From Promethearchaeota archaeon (lineage in GTDB: Archaea; Asgardarchaeota; Lokiarchaeia; Sigyniarchaeales; SOKP01): a DNA stretch of 58,778 nucleotides. The position numbers and the translations under genes are program-made. The stretch is from positions 1 to 58,778 of the forward strand of contig JABXKD010000013.1 of NCBI GenBank assembly GCA_013375475.1, in the 5' to 3' direction. Positions within the stretch are counted from its first letter, which is position 1. Each line of letters opens with the position of its first letter. Shown piece by piece: positions 19,865-28,864 of the stretch. The notes under the pieces are model-generated. The model worked only from the letters and a program-made list of their open reading frames with translations. It searched no databases and had not been told where the DNA came from.

Positions 19865-19886
19865 TCGTGAAACACCAATTTCACGA
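19865..19886. promoter_or_regulatory. Perfect inverted repeat TCGTGAAA-N6-TTTCACGA, possible operator
   Basis: 8-bp arms, about 55 bp upstream of the QueG-like start. Confidence 0.4.
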
Positions 19887-20142
19887 AATTTCATAAATAT
19901 CTATAGAACATCCTGCTATATATCTAAAAGATATAAAGATAATATAGAGGAAAATCACTTTTATAAATACTATAAATTTTAAAACCTGATTCCTTTTCAT
20001 AAAAGGTCTTTGAAGAATTAATTTTTCCATATCAAAACAGGCCAAGTTTATTATTTTCTGGAAGTTCGATTCCAAAACTAAAATTCACCATCTTTGAACT
20101 TTATAGTAGCCTTATTTTGTTGTTTAAGAGAAAGAAAAGTAA

Positions 20143-20979
20143 TTAGAAATTATCTTTATGAATGATATTTTTTATATACAAAATTACACCAAATGTCCCT
20201 AGACCAATAAAAAATAAAAATCCTAAACCAATGGAAATATTTGGTCCGGGTGGAATTGGTGGTGAAGGTATGTCACCTAGATCTATCCGAGTGTATTTCA
20301 CAATCCATGGCCAAAGTATAGTTCCGAGTATAAAAGATTTCATTTCTGCATATTTTAAAGTACCGTCATCATAAAAAACCAATTTTACATACTCTTCCGT
20401 TGCGTTATTTGAGAATTGGATTAAATTATTATCAGGAGATAAGATAATCGTAATTGCAGGATTATCGATATTGTCTAAATATTGTTTATAATATTCATAA
20501 GAACTATTCGCACACCAACTTAGCATAATTCCAGATTCATTTTTAGGAATGAAGTATGTCACCGGAAAACCCGAACTAGGTAATGGATTCATAATACTTT
20601 CAGTGAAGTTAATAACTGAAATTTGTAGAGGAACGCCACCAGGATCAAGTTCTACAAACCCACCTAAACTATCGTTGTATTCCACTGCCATTAGTTGAAT
20701 AGCATAACACCTCCAAAGGCTATATGTAATTATATTCATAGAGGAAACATTCCAATATAGTTCCCGAGAGACCATTAAGGTGGAACCGTTATATTCATTC
20801 ATTTCCCATCCTTTTATTGATCCAATTTCAAAATCCCAATAAGCTCCGTTGTAAGGAGGATTAGGAGTAGGCTCAAAAGGGACACTTATTACATTGCTAG
20901 CAATGATTGAAATGAAAAAAGTTGTAATAAATATACCTACCAAAATTTTGGTTTTTAATAAAGATTGTATAGTATTCAC
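20143..20979 (-). CDS. Putative exported protein with C-terminal membrane anchor
   Basis: N-terminal hydrophobic signal, several NxS/T sequons (NGS, NVS, NDS, NFT, NES, NAT), Pro-rich linker, C-terminal TM plus basic tail. Confidence 0.7.
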   Translation of the reverse strand: MNTIQSLLKTKILVGIFITTFFISIIASNVISVPFEPTPNPPYNGAYWDFEIGSIKGWEMNEYNGSTLMVSRELYWNVSSMNIITYSLWRCYAIQLMAVEYNDSLGGFVELDPGGVPLQISVINFTESIMNPLPSSGFPVTYFIPKNESGIMLSWCANSSYEYYKQYLDNIDNPAITIILSPDNNLIQFSNNATEEYVKLVFYDDGTLKYAEMKSFILGTILWPWIVKYTRIDLGDIPSPPIPPGPNISIGLGFLFFIGLGTFGVILYIKNIIHKDNF

Positions 20980-21079
20980 CTATTGTTAACTTATAGAGTT
21001 TAATATAACACTAAAATCTAATTTCTATTAAAGAAATATAAACTTTCTATATTAATAATAGTTAATAGAATTATAATTG

Positions 21080-22030
21080 TTAATTCTGTTTAAGAATATT
21101 TTTTTTTATTTCTTCAATAAAAGATTGGGTTAGTTCATTAGGTTTTTCAAAAATATATGAAAATTTAAAACCTGCTCGTTCTTTATGACCCCCTCCTTCA
21201 AATTCCCTTGCGAAATCTCTACAATTGATAAAATCACTATAGATAATTATATCATTATTACGTTTATCAATGCCAATGAATGCCTTTGCGTCGGGATATT
21301 TTTGCTTCAATATCCTAGTTATTCTACCTCCTCCAATTTTAGCCCAAGAAACAACTAAATCACCAAAAGATTCTACTGAAAAGATTATTGCGTGATTCAA
21401 GGAAAAAGTAGATTCTTCTTCAAGCCATTTATTCAATGAACTTAATTGTTCAGTAAACCAAGGATTATGGAAATCACCCTGAGAAAGTAACCTAACAATT
21501 TCATGCTTATTTTGATCGTTTTGAGCTCCACGATTAAAACCAATTATAGATTGCAAATCTGAAGCAAGTTTGTATTTATTTGTTCTAAAATCTGTGTCTC
21601 TTGCGAATTCAGCAATTTTAGCCGCAATCGGATCATCATATAAGAAGTAATTCCTAACGATTTCAGCAGCACAGTTCTCGGGAATATTTATGTAAACATG
21701 AATTAGAGACTTAATTTCTTCTTTTATTGATGCATCTACGATGTGATGATCAAACCAAGAAATTTTACATCCTCTTTTTTCTGCTTCTTTAAAGTGGGGA
21801 AATACTTCTTTAAAGGAATCGTTAAATCCTAAGTCAGAGATGATTAACTGTGAAGGAATGGTCTCTGTGCTTAAAATCCCTTTAATTTCCTCAACAAAAT
21901 TAGTATAATCCGCAAAAAAAAAGGTAATTTCATCGTTTTGGATTCCAGCCTTTAAGATAAAATAGCGTTGAATAATTGCTTGTGAGCCTAATCCATCAAG
22001 ATCGTGTTCATGAGTCAGTGAAACTATCAT
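21080..22030 (-). CDS. DHH/DHHA1 family phosphoesterase
   Basis: HDLDG, ISDLG, WFDHH, GGGHKERAG. Confidence 0.9.
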   Translation of the reverse strand: MIVSLTHEHDLDGLGSQAIIQRYFILKAGIQNDEITFFFADYTNFVEEIKGILSTETIPSQLIISDLGFNDSFKEVFPHFKEAEKRGCKISWFDHHIVDASIKEEIKSLIHVYINIPENCAAEIVRNYFLYDDPIAAKIAEFARDTDFRTNKYKLASDLQSIIGFNRGAQNDQNKHEIVRLLSQGDFHNPWFTEQLSSLNKWLEEESTFSLNHAIIFSVESFGDLVVSWAKIGGGRITRILKQKYPDAKAFIGIDKRNNDIIIYSDFINCRDFAREFEGGGHKERAGFKFSYIFEKPNELTQSFIEEIKKNILKQN

Positions 22031-22095
22031 TCTTATTTCTTAACTCGCAGAAAATTTATTAAACGATAAGAGTAAATCAGTTTTTTAGTTTCGTC

Positions 22096-22548
22096 TTAAA
22101 ATAAATCCAAATATGGTTCAACCTTTTCCTTGCCACCGTTAGCATACACAAATTCAAGTATCTTCTTTGCTAGCTCTTTTTTTTTGTCGAAATATATTTT
22201 CATGTATTCTTCTCTGGTTTTATCCGGGTATCTTATTTCTAACGCGGGATCCCTTCTTGAGCACCCACCTCGCCTCATGCAACAATAAGAAATTGAACCA
22301 AAACAAACAAGGTCAGAATCCCAATCGTTTTCTTTTGAAAACTCATCTTTAATTTTCATAAAATCTTCTTGGCTCAATCCTAAGTCTTCTAAAGTTTCGT
22401 CCCTACTACATTTATAACCAAACGTAAGAGAATGCCCTGGTTTACAACAAAAGGTCAGTCCTCGACAATCAGCACCCATACAAATATGAATCGGAGCATT
22501 TTTCCATCCATGTATTTCGCGAAGTTTATCTGGATCTAAATCAACCAT
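22096..22548 (-). CDS. Methanogenesis marker 9 domain protein (Cys-rich)
   Basis: WKNAPIHICMGADCRGLTFCCKP, CSRD, CFGSISYCC, CSRRD; pattern recalled for the marker 9 domain. Confidence 0.7.
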   Translation of the reverse strand: MVDLDPDKLREIHGWKNAPIHICMGADCRGLTFCCKPGHSLTFGYKCSRDETLEDLGLSQEDFMKIKDEFSKENDWDSDLVCFGSISYCCMRRGGCSRRDPALEIRYPDKTREEYMKIYFDKKKELAKKILEFVYANGGKEKVEPYLDLF

Positions 22549-22672
22549 ATAATAGACCTAAAGTTTATCGTTAAATTGTACTTGAAAATATATGAAAAGA
22601 TATTAATTTTCTGCTCTATAAGTCATAAAATACACCTTATAGTAAATAAATTGGACTTATAAAATATAAGAG

Positions 22673-22775
22673 GGCCCGATGCGAGAATTGAACTCGCCTT
22701 TCCCCAGTAGTAAGGATATTCTTACACTTCTAGGGATTCACAGTCCCCAATACTAACCACTATACGAACCGGGCC
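22673..22775 (-). tRNA. tRNA-His(GUG) with encoded G-1 and a 30-nt intron (22700..22729)
   Basis: Acceptor GCCCGGT/ATCGGGC, G-1:C73, D loop AGTGGTTA, anticodon arm GGGGA-CTGTGAA-TCCCT, T arm GCGAG-TTCAATT-CTCGC; 34 nt between anticodon and T arms. Confidence 0.9.
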
Positions 22776-22839
22776 ATTGTAAAAAAACTAAGAAGTAAGT
22801 GATATTATATTACCTATTAAAAAAATTTTATGCGTTTTA

Positions 22840-23394
22840 TTATTTTCTTTTTGCTTTAACAGCAGTCAGAAGATAGTCTAAAAATTGATTAATTGCAACC
22901 TTTAAATCTCCAGAATTATCAACATAAAAGTCGGCATCAGGAAAAATTTGATTTTTTTTTGCTCTTTGAATTCTCTCTTCTAATCTTTTCCCGCTTTCTC
23001 TTGCACGTTCTTTTACTCTCTTAAGCGTAATTTCAAAAGGAACTTCTATAAATACTACTAGTATATTTTGGTAAATCTCACGAGCTGTTTTCACGATTGA
23101 CCTACTAACATTGACGAGAACAAGATGACCTTTTTTCATCCACTCATCAATTTCTATTGGGACCCCATAATCAAGCCCATAAATATGCCATTCTAACGCA
23201 AATTTTCCTTGTGCTGACATTTCTTTAAAAATTTCTGGTGTAACGGATATATTGTCTTCTGTGTCAGAAGAGGGTCTTGTTATAAATCTTTGAGTAAGAT
23301 AAACACTTTTGAATTCAGAAGGAAATCTCTCCTTTACTCCTTTCAATATCGAATCTTTTCCAGATCCGGAGTTTCCGACAACTAAAATTAGCAA
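22840..23394 (-). CDS. phnN: Ribose 1,5-bisphosphate phosphokinase (PhnN, guanylate kinase-like)
   Basis: VVGNSGSGKDS, RFITRP, FALEWHIYGLDYGVP, VNVSR, DNSGDL; start codon uncertain. Confidence 0.75.
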   Translation of the reverse strand: MLILVVGNSGSGKDSILKGVKERFPSEFKSVYLTQRFITRPSSDTEDNISVTPEIFKEMSAQGKFALEWHIYGLDYGVPIEIDEWMKKGHLVLVNVSRSIVKTAREIYQNILVVFIEVPFEITLKRVKERARESGKRLEERIQRAKKNQIFPDADFYVDNSGDLKVAINQFLDYLLTAVKAKRK

Positions 23395-23560
23395 ACCAGG
23401 AAAAATTTTTTTATTTTTAGTCAGTATTGTTCAAAAGAAATCAACTTTACATCTTTTTTAAGTCTAATTACACTACTCAATTTTCAAAATATATTAAAAA
23501 CATTTTTAAGATTAAATTGCGTTATCCATCATGTAAAAGCAATAATCGTTCTTAATTAAA

Positions 23561-23974
23561 ATGTCCAAAATTAAAGAAAATCCCGAAATTTCAGAAATAC
23601 CCGAGAGTTATCAAAGATATTTAGACATTATTTTTAGCATTTCAAAAAAAAAAAAGGGTGGGTGGGTAACAAATAAAGAAATAGCTGAAAATCTCCAAGT
23701 TGAGCCTGCTTCCGTATCTGGAATGCTTGAGAAATTAAAGAAGAAAAAATTAATAAAGTGGGAGCCACGAAAATCAATTAGACTGACTGATAAGGGAAAA
23801 AAATACGCAGAACAATTAGAAGAAACACATGATTTACTCCGAACTTTTTTTCAAAATATTTTAAAGATCGAGGATGGGGAAATAGTTGAAAAAATTTCGT
23901 GCGAGATAGAACACCACATAACTCAAGAAGTAAAGGCTTCTCTTCGCGACTTTATTTTAAAATATCATAATTAG
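23561..23974 (+). CDS. DtxR/MntR family metal-dependent regulator
   Basis: YLDIIF, EIAENLQVEPASVSGMLEKL, IRLTDKGK, CEIEHHI. Confidence 0.88.
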   Translation: MSKIKENPEISEIPESYQRYLDIIFSISKKKKGGWVTNKEIAENLQVEPASVSGMLEKLKKKKLIKWEPRKSIRLTDKGKKYAEQLEETHDLLRTFFQNILKIEDGEIVEKISCEIEHHITQEVKASLRDFILKYHN

Positions 23975-24018
23975 ATTTAATTATCATTGATGCTTTATTG
24001 ATTTAATACAATTCTAAG

Positions 24019-24783
24019 ATGATTTTGAATATGTCCGAAGCAATAAGTAGTAAAATAAAAATCGTTAATGAATACTTTAAAGGATTCACTAATTTTCTTG
24101 AACTAGAAGATTTTCGCTCTTTTTTATTGTTGACCCTAACAAGTCAAGTTCCAATGAATATTATGGCTCAACTTGGTTTAGGTGGTAATAAGGATGTAAT
24201 TAACTTACCTTATAATCCTGACTCCGAAATATACTATCAAAAAATCAATCTAATGTCATCAAGTTCTCTAATATTATACGCTAAGTCTGATCCAATTACA
24301 AAAGAGTTTGTGTTAGAAAAAAACGATGATGTATTTAAAAAATACTTAAGTCTGAGCGAAATTGATCTTGCTTTTAGAGGAAAAGAGAAATTCTTATTTC
24401 CTAAGATTAGCGATTGTAGCATTATGGAAGATTCAAATCTTAATATTAAGATTGATGATTTATTTCACGATTTAGAATCGTTTATTTCCTATACTCAACC
24501 AAATATATTATTTGTAATAGATGCTGAAGATTCCACTAAACCAGATTTAATATTCACTTTTAATATGACTCCCCAATTACCCAATAATTTAAATGATAAT
24601 GTGCTACAGGTTGATGTGTTTTTAGATACTAATAGAAAAGCTAAAGATATTAACTTTTTAAAGCGGGAAAAAGACTATAGTCTGACCTTTTTAAAAAATA
24701 TCAAAGAAATGAGTCATGCTGAGCTTTACACGTCGTCTTTTGCTCTAGTTTTACACATTAAGTCTTTAAATAAACCAAGTTGA
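24019..24783 (+). CDS. Hypothetical protein
   Basis: 254-aa ORF co-oriented with the DtxR gene; no recognised motif. Confidence 0.65.
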   Translation: MILNMSEAISSKIKIVNEYFKGFTNFLELEDFRSFLLLTLTSQVPMNIMAQLGLGGNKDVINLPYNPDSEIYYQKINLMSSSSLILYAKSDPITKEFVLEKNDDVFKKYLSLSEIDLAFRGKEKFLFPKISDCSIMEDSNLNIKIDDLFHDLESFISYTQPNILFVIDAEDSTKPDLIFTFNMTPQLPNNLNDNVLQVDVFLDTNRKAKDINFLKREKDYSLTFLKNIKEMSHAELYTSSFALVLHIKSLNKPS

Positions 24784-24957
24784 ATGAAAAGAATTCTTTT
24801 TCTTTTATATTAACGAATTAATATATATTATTCGTAAAAAATTAAGGAATTAACACCATTAAGGGATTAATACTCTTAATTTATAAATTATCCGACGAAA
24901 TATGATAATTAATCAAGAAGTATGTAGTTCACATTTTTATAATAAGTAAATTAAGGG

Positions 24958-25170
24958 TTGAAAATGATGAAGATAATTACAATAAACCTGCCTGAAAAGT
25001 ATTTAGAAGCGATTCAAACATTAAATGATTTAGGAATATATCCTAGTCGAAGCGAGGCGATCAGAACTGCGTTGAGCGAGTTCTTGGAGGATGAATTAAA
25101 AATGTTTAATAGTTTAGAAGAAGATACTTTTAAAATGCTTATCCGGAGCAACAAAAATAATAGATCTTAA
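24958..25170 (+). CDS. Ribbon-helix-helix (CopG/NikR-like) DNA-binding protein
   Basis: MKIITINLPEKYLEAI...GIYPSRSEAIRTAL. Confidence 0.85.
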   Translation: MKMMKIITINLPEKYLEAIQTLNDLGIYPSRSEAIRTALSEFLEDELKMFNSLEEDTFKMLIRSNKNNRS

Positions 25171-25198
25171 TTAATTTATTTTTCTTATTTTAAATTCT

Positions 25199-25663
25199 CT
25201 AATCTACATTAACTTCAACTTTGCAATTGTTACATCTTTTTGCTCCTCTAAATAATTGATTTCCACAATCTGGGCAATGGTACCTTTTCTTTTCTTCTTC
25301 TACAAATTTCTCTGTTCCGTGCTCGCGCCAAAATGGGATTGCTCTAAGAATCACTTTTTTCCCTACTGGAATTGGAAAATTATCAATAAATTTACACGGA
25401 AAATCATCGCATTGATAACAACCATCAATATTCTTTTCTTCGCAACACTTCTTGATCGCACAGGCTCTACAAACGGGAAAAACAATTCCATCAGATAAAC
25501 AGCCTGTACATGCAATATCGTCCACATCTTTTGCAAATGCTCGATAAACAGGTAGCAATTTCTCTTTAAATTTCGTGTTATTATCTCGGTGAGCAATATA
25601 TATCGAACACACACCACACCATAAACCACAAGGCGCCAATAATTCTTTCTTTACTTCCACCAT
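25199..25663 (-). CDS. DUF3795-like Cys-rich protein
   Basis: APCGLWCGVC, CTGC, CAIKKCC, CYQCDDFPC, C-terminal CPDC/CNNC zinc ribbon. Confidence 0.8.
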   Translation of the reverse strand: MVEVKKELLAPCGLWCGVCSIYIAHRDNNTKFKEKLLPVYRAFAKDVDDIACTGCLSDGIVFPVCRACAIKKCCEEKNIDGCYQCDDFPCKFIDNFPIPVGKKVILRAIPFWREHGTEKFVEEEKKRYHCPDCGNQLFRGAKRCNNCKVEVNVD

Positions 25664-25804
25664 TTTTCTTTCACAATATTTTTCTTAATTATAGTAAAAT
25701 ATTGTCTTTAATAAATTTAAAATATTAATTTTAAATAAAGAATTAATCTAATACACAACATACTTACATTAATAATTAAAATTTGAATATATTTTCACCC
25801 TATT

Positions 25805-26854
25805 ATGAAAATTGCTCGATATTATAGTAATAACGATGTTAGGCTTGATGAAATTCCTAAACCAGTAATAGGCCCAGGAGAATTGTTAGTAAAAGTTAAA
25901 AAATCAGGAATCTGCGGTTCAGATGTTTTAGAATATTATAGATTTGCGAAAATGAAGAAATTAGGGGTAGATAATTTAATTCTTGGACACGAAATTGCAG
26001 GAGACATCGTAGAGATAGGATCTGGTGTGAAAGGATTAAAAGTGGGAGACCGAGTTTTTGTGTCTCATCATGTTCCATGTTTTGATTGCTATAACTGTAA
26101 TCATGGGCACCAAACTGCATGTAATCTTCTCCATAACACCAATTTTGACCCAGGCGGTTTTTCTGAATTTGTCAGAATCCCGAACATAAATATTGAAAAA
26201 AAAGGAGTATTTGTTTTAGATGATTCGGTTTCTTACGAAGAGGGGGTTTTTATAGAACCGCTTGGTTGTGTTTGCCGAGCACAACGCTTAGTTAATGTTG
26301 GAAAAGGTTTGACGGTTTTAATATTAGGTAGTGGAGTATCTGGAATCTTACACACCCAATTAGCCAAATTAAGAGGGGCAAAAAAGGTCTTTGCAACAGA
26401 TATTAGCGATTATAGATTAGGAAAGATAAGCAAATTTGGAGCTGATAAAACTTTTCATGCAAGTGAGAACATTCCTTCAAAACTTCTAGAATTTAACGAT
26501 GATAGATTAGCTGACATTGTTATTGTGTGTACTGGGGCTATATCCGCAGCGAAACAAGCTTTAAAATGTGTAGCTCCAGGTGGGAAAGTGTTATTCTTCG
26601 CAGTCCCAGGTCCGGGCGTCAATTTAGAGGTTCCTATAAACGATTACTGGAGGAACGAAATAACATTAACGACATCATACGGAGCAGCACCTGAAGATCT
26701 TCAGGAGTCGTATATATGGATATTATCTAAGAAAATAAAAGTCTTAGAATTAATAACTCATAGATTCCCTCTAAGTCAAGTTGGAGACGCTTTCAAGGTT
26801 GTTTGTGAAGCAAAAAAATCCTTAAAAGTTGTTTTAGAGCCCAATAAAGAATAA
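25805..26854 (+). CDS. Zn-dependent (MDR) alcohol/polyol dehydrogenase
   Basis: GICGSD, LGHEIAG, CFDCYNC-x7-C, EPLGC, GSGVSG. Confidence 0.9.
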   Translation: MKIARYYSNNDVRLDEIPKPVIGPGELLVKVKKSGICGSDVLEYYRFAKMKKLGVDNLILGHEIAGDIVEIGSGVKGLKVGDRVFVSHHVPCFDCYNCNHGHQTACNLLHNTNFDPGGFSEFVRIPNINIEKKGVFVLDDSVSYEEGVFIEPLGCVCRAQRLVNVGKGLTVLILGSGVSGILHTQLAKLRGAKKVFATDISDYRLGKISKFGADKTFHASENIPSKLLEFNDDRLADIVIVCTGAISAAKQALKCVAPGGKVLFFAVPGPGVNLEVPINDYWRNEITLTTSYGAAPEDLQESYIWILSKKIKVLELITHRFPLSQVGDAFKVVCEAKKSLKVVLEPNKE

Positions 26855-26866
26855 AGAATGAGCTAT

Positions 26867-27829
26867 TTATAGATTTTTTCTTATACTTCTTTCAATATGC
26901 TTTCTTATTATCCAAGATTCCCAAAAAGCGTAAATTTTTAGCATTGCTCCTTTTATTTTTCTTTTAGGAAAGAATATATCTAATTTAAGCAACGCTTCTG
27001 TTTTCTCGCCAATTGTAAGTTTATGACCAAGTGTTTTTAGCGCAGAATTAACTTTTTCTTGATTTTCTTCTATTTTTTTTCTCATATAATTAAACGGTGT
27101 TCTATCGGGATTTTTAACTACATATGAATGACTCGAAGTTAATTGAATTGCTTTTTTAAGAAAAAACTCTTCAGCTAGATTAATATCCTTGATAGTTTGT
27201 TCAATAGAGCAATCCCTAAATCCATACCAAGGGCCAAAACCATTTACTCCTGGTTGAGTTTGGTCAAATCCCATACAACTTATATGTAATATTTTTTCGG
27301 AAGGAAAATAAAAACCAACATGACCTAAGGAGTGCCCTGGAAAAGAGATGGTTTGCAGTTCGAAATTATCGAATCTTAATGTGTCACCGGGTTTAAACGA
27401 TATAACTTCATTACAACTTTTATAACCCATTGAATTAACAAAGCTCATTCCAGTTTCTAAGTCAATATACTCTAAAAATCCAAAGTTATTTAAAAAATTA
27501 TAACTATCTAACAAATTCATGTGTTCTGGAACGGGAGCATATATGCTTACTCCCTTTTCGTTCCAAATATGCACATGAGCAGCGTGATCTAAATGCGTAT
27601 GACTGCATATATAATCCGAAATGGGCTTAAACGAATTGTATATGGCATTTGCATACTGTGGTTCAATATTAAGATCTATAATAATAGCGTGCCTATTTAC
27701 ACCCTTTTCTGGTAATTTAATTAAACCGTCGCACCTTGTAAAGATGCCTGATGCTTTGATTTGATGAACTAATAATAAATTTTTAGTAACCTTAGAAATT
27801 TGAAGATTTTCAATATTAGGTAAAGACAT
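26867..27829 (-). CDS. Metallo-beta-lactamase fold hydrolase
   Basis: SHTHLDH, PGHSLGH, TSSH. Confidence 0.82.
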   Translation of the reverse strand: MSLPNIENLQISKVTKNLLLVHQIKASGIFTRCDGLIKLPEKGVNRHAIIIDLNIEPQYANAIYNSFKPISDYICSHTHLDHAAHVHIWNEKGVSIYAPVPEHMNLLDSYNFLNNFGFLEYIDLETGMSFVNSMGYKSCNEVISFKPGDTLRFDNFELQTISFPGHSLGHVGFYFPSEKILHISCMGFDQTQPGVNGFGPWYGFRDCSIEQTIKDINLAEEFFLKKAIQLTSSHSYVVKNPDRTPFNYMRKKIEENQEKVNSALKTLGHKLTIGEKTEALLKLDIFFPKRKIKGAMLKIYAFWESWIIRKHIERSIRKNL

Positions 27830-27910
27830 TAGTGCGAGTTAAATCTCTAAAGTAATTATAAAGGAAAATTATGAAATATTTAAGAACTTAATCTTAACAC
27901 AAAATTTTCT

Positions 27911-27943
27911 TAAAATAAATAAAAATAAATAAAAAAAATAAAA
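27911..27943 (-). terminator. Oligo-T tract after lsrF, putative archaeal terminator
   Basis: A-rich run on + (T-rich on -) directly after the stop at 27944. Confidence 0.4.
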
Positions 27944-28726
27944 TTATAATCCTACTGGACCATTACTATAGATTTCATATGCTTCATCTACTGAAGCATT
28001 TTCGTGAACAATTGCTCTCACTGCTTTAATCATACCAATGGGCTTGTCAGATTGGAATATATTCCGCCCCATATCTACACCTACAGCTCCAGCATTAATT
28101 GCATTCTTAGCCATTTGGAGTGCTTCTCTTTCCGGTGTTTTTTTCCCTCCCGCTATAACGACGGGGACAGGACAAATTCCAGTAACATTTTCGAAATTTT
28201 CGCAATAGTAGGTTTTAACAAAAGTAGCACCTAACTCCGCAGCCATTCTACTAGCCATTCCCAAATACCGGTCATCTCTAACCATTTCTCTTCCAACTGC
28301 AGTGACAGCTAAAGTTGGTATACCGTATTCTTGCCCCCAATTAACAAGTTTGGATAAATTCATTAAACTCTGTTTCTCAAACTCTCCACCTACAAATATT
28401 GAGCAAGTGATAGCTGATACATTTAATCGAATAGCTTCCTCGATGGTTACATTAATTTCTTCGTTTGAAAGCTCTTTTAACATGCTAGCGCCCGCTGATA
28501 CTCGTAAAACAATCGGAATATCGAAGTCTGCCGATACACAACTCCTCAACATCCCGCGAGTAAGCATTATTGCATCAGCATATTGAAATAGCGGGTTTAA
28601 ATCTCCAAAACACTTTAAAGATCCTGGAATATTACCAAAATATCCATGATCTACAGCAAGCATGACACAATGTCCCGATTTAGGCTTGATGATTCTTGCC
28701 AATCTGTTTTGCATTCCCCAATCCAT
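27944..28726 (-). CDS. lsrF: LsrF-like class I aldolase/thiolase
   Basis: MDWGMQNRLARI, MLAVDHGYF, AVTAVG, AAELGATFVKTYY, PVVIAGGKK, GVDMGRNIFQ. Confidence 0.85.
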   Translation of the reverse strand: MDWGMQNRLARIIKPKSGHCVMLAVDHGYFGNIPGSLKCFGDLNPLFQYADAIMLTRGMLRSCVSADFDIPIVLRVSAGASMLKELSNEEINVTIEEAIRLNVSAITCSIFVGGEFEKQSLMNLSKLVNWGQEYGIPTLAVTAVGREMVRDDRYLGMASRMAAELGATFVKTYYCENFENVTGICPVPVVIAGGKKTPEREALQMAKNAINAGAVGVDMGRNIFQSDKPIGMIKAVRAIVHENASVDEAYEIYSNGPVGL

Positions 28727-28864
28727 ATTTAATTCACTTTAATCTGTTTTCACAAATAAATTTGTTTTTATAAAGTATGAAAAATATAAATTCATTATCT
28801 TTTTTGTACTTTTCTATAGAAAAGTACTATTTAAAAGAAACAAGCTATAACATAGAGTGCTAGG

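Noticed and set aside
19881-20091. 64-aa ORF and an overlapping minus frame with an in-frame TGA (possible selenoprotein or gene remnant)
   Set aside because: No Cys/Sec-type context, no recognisable SECIS and no recognisable homology.
22697-22731. tRNA insert read as a long variable arm (Sec/Ser/Leu type)
   Set aside because: GUG anticodon, G-1:C73 and the bulge-helix-bulge-like fold fit tRNA-His with an intron.
19009-22775. Functional link between the QueG-like gene and the GUN-anticodon tRNA-His
   Set aside because: About 3 kb apart with unrelated genes between and no other que genes; likely coincidence.
22549-22840. tRNA-His as an integration site
   Set aside because: No duplicated tRNA 3' end or integrase seen in the window.
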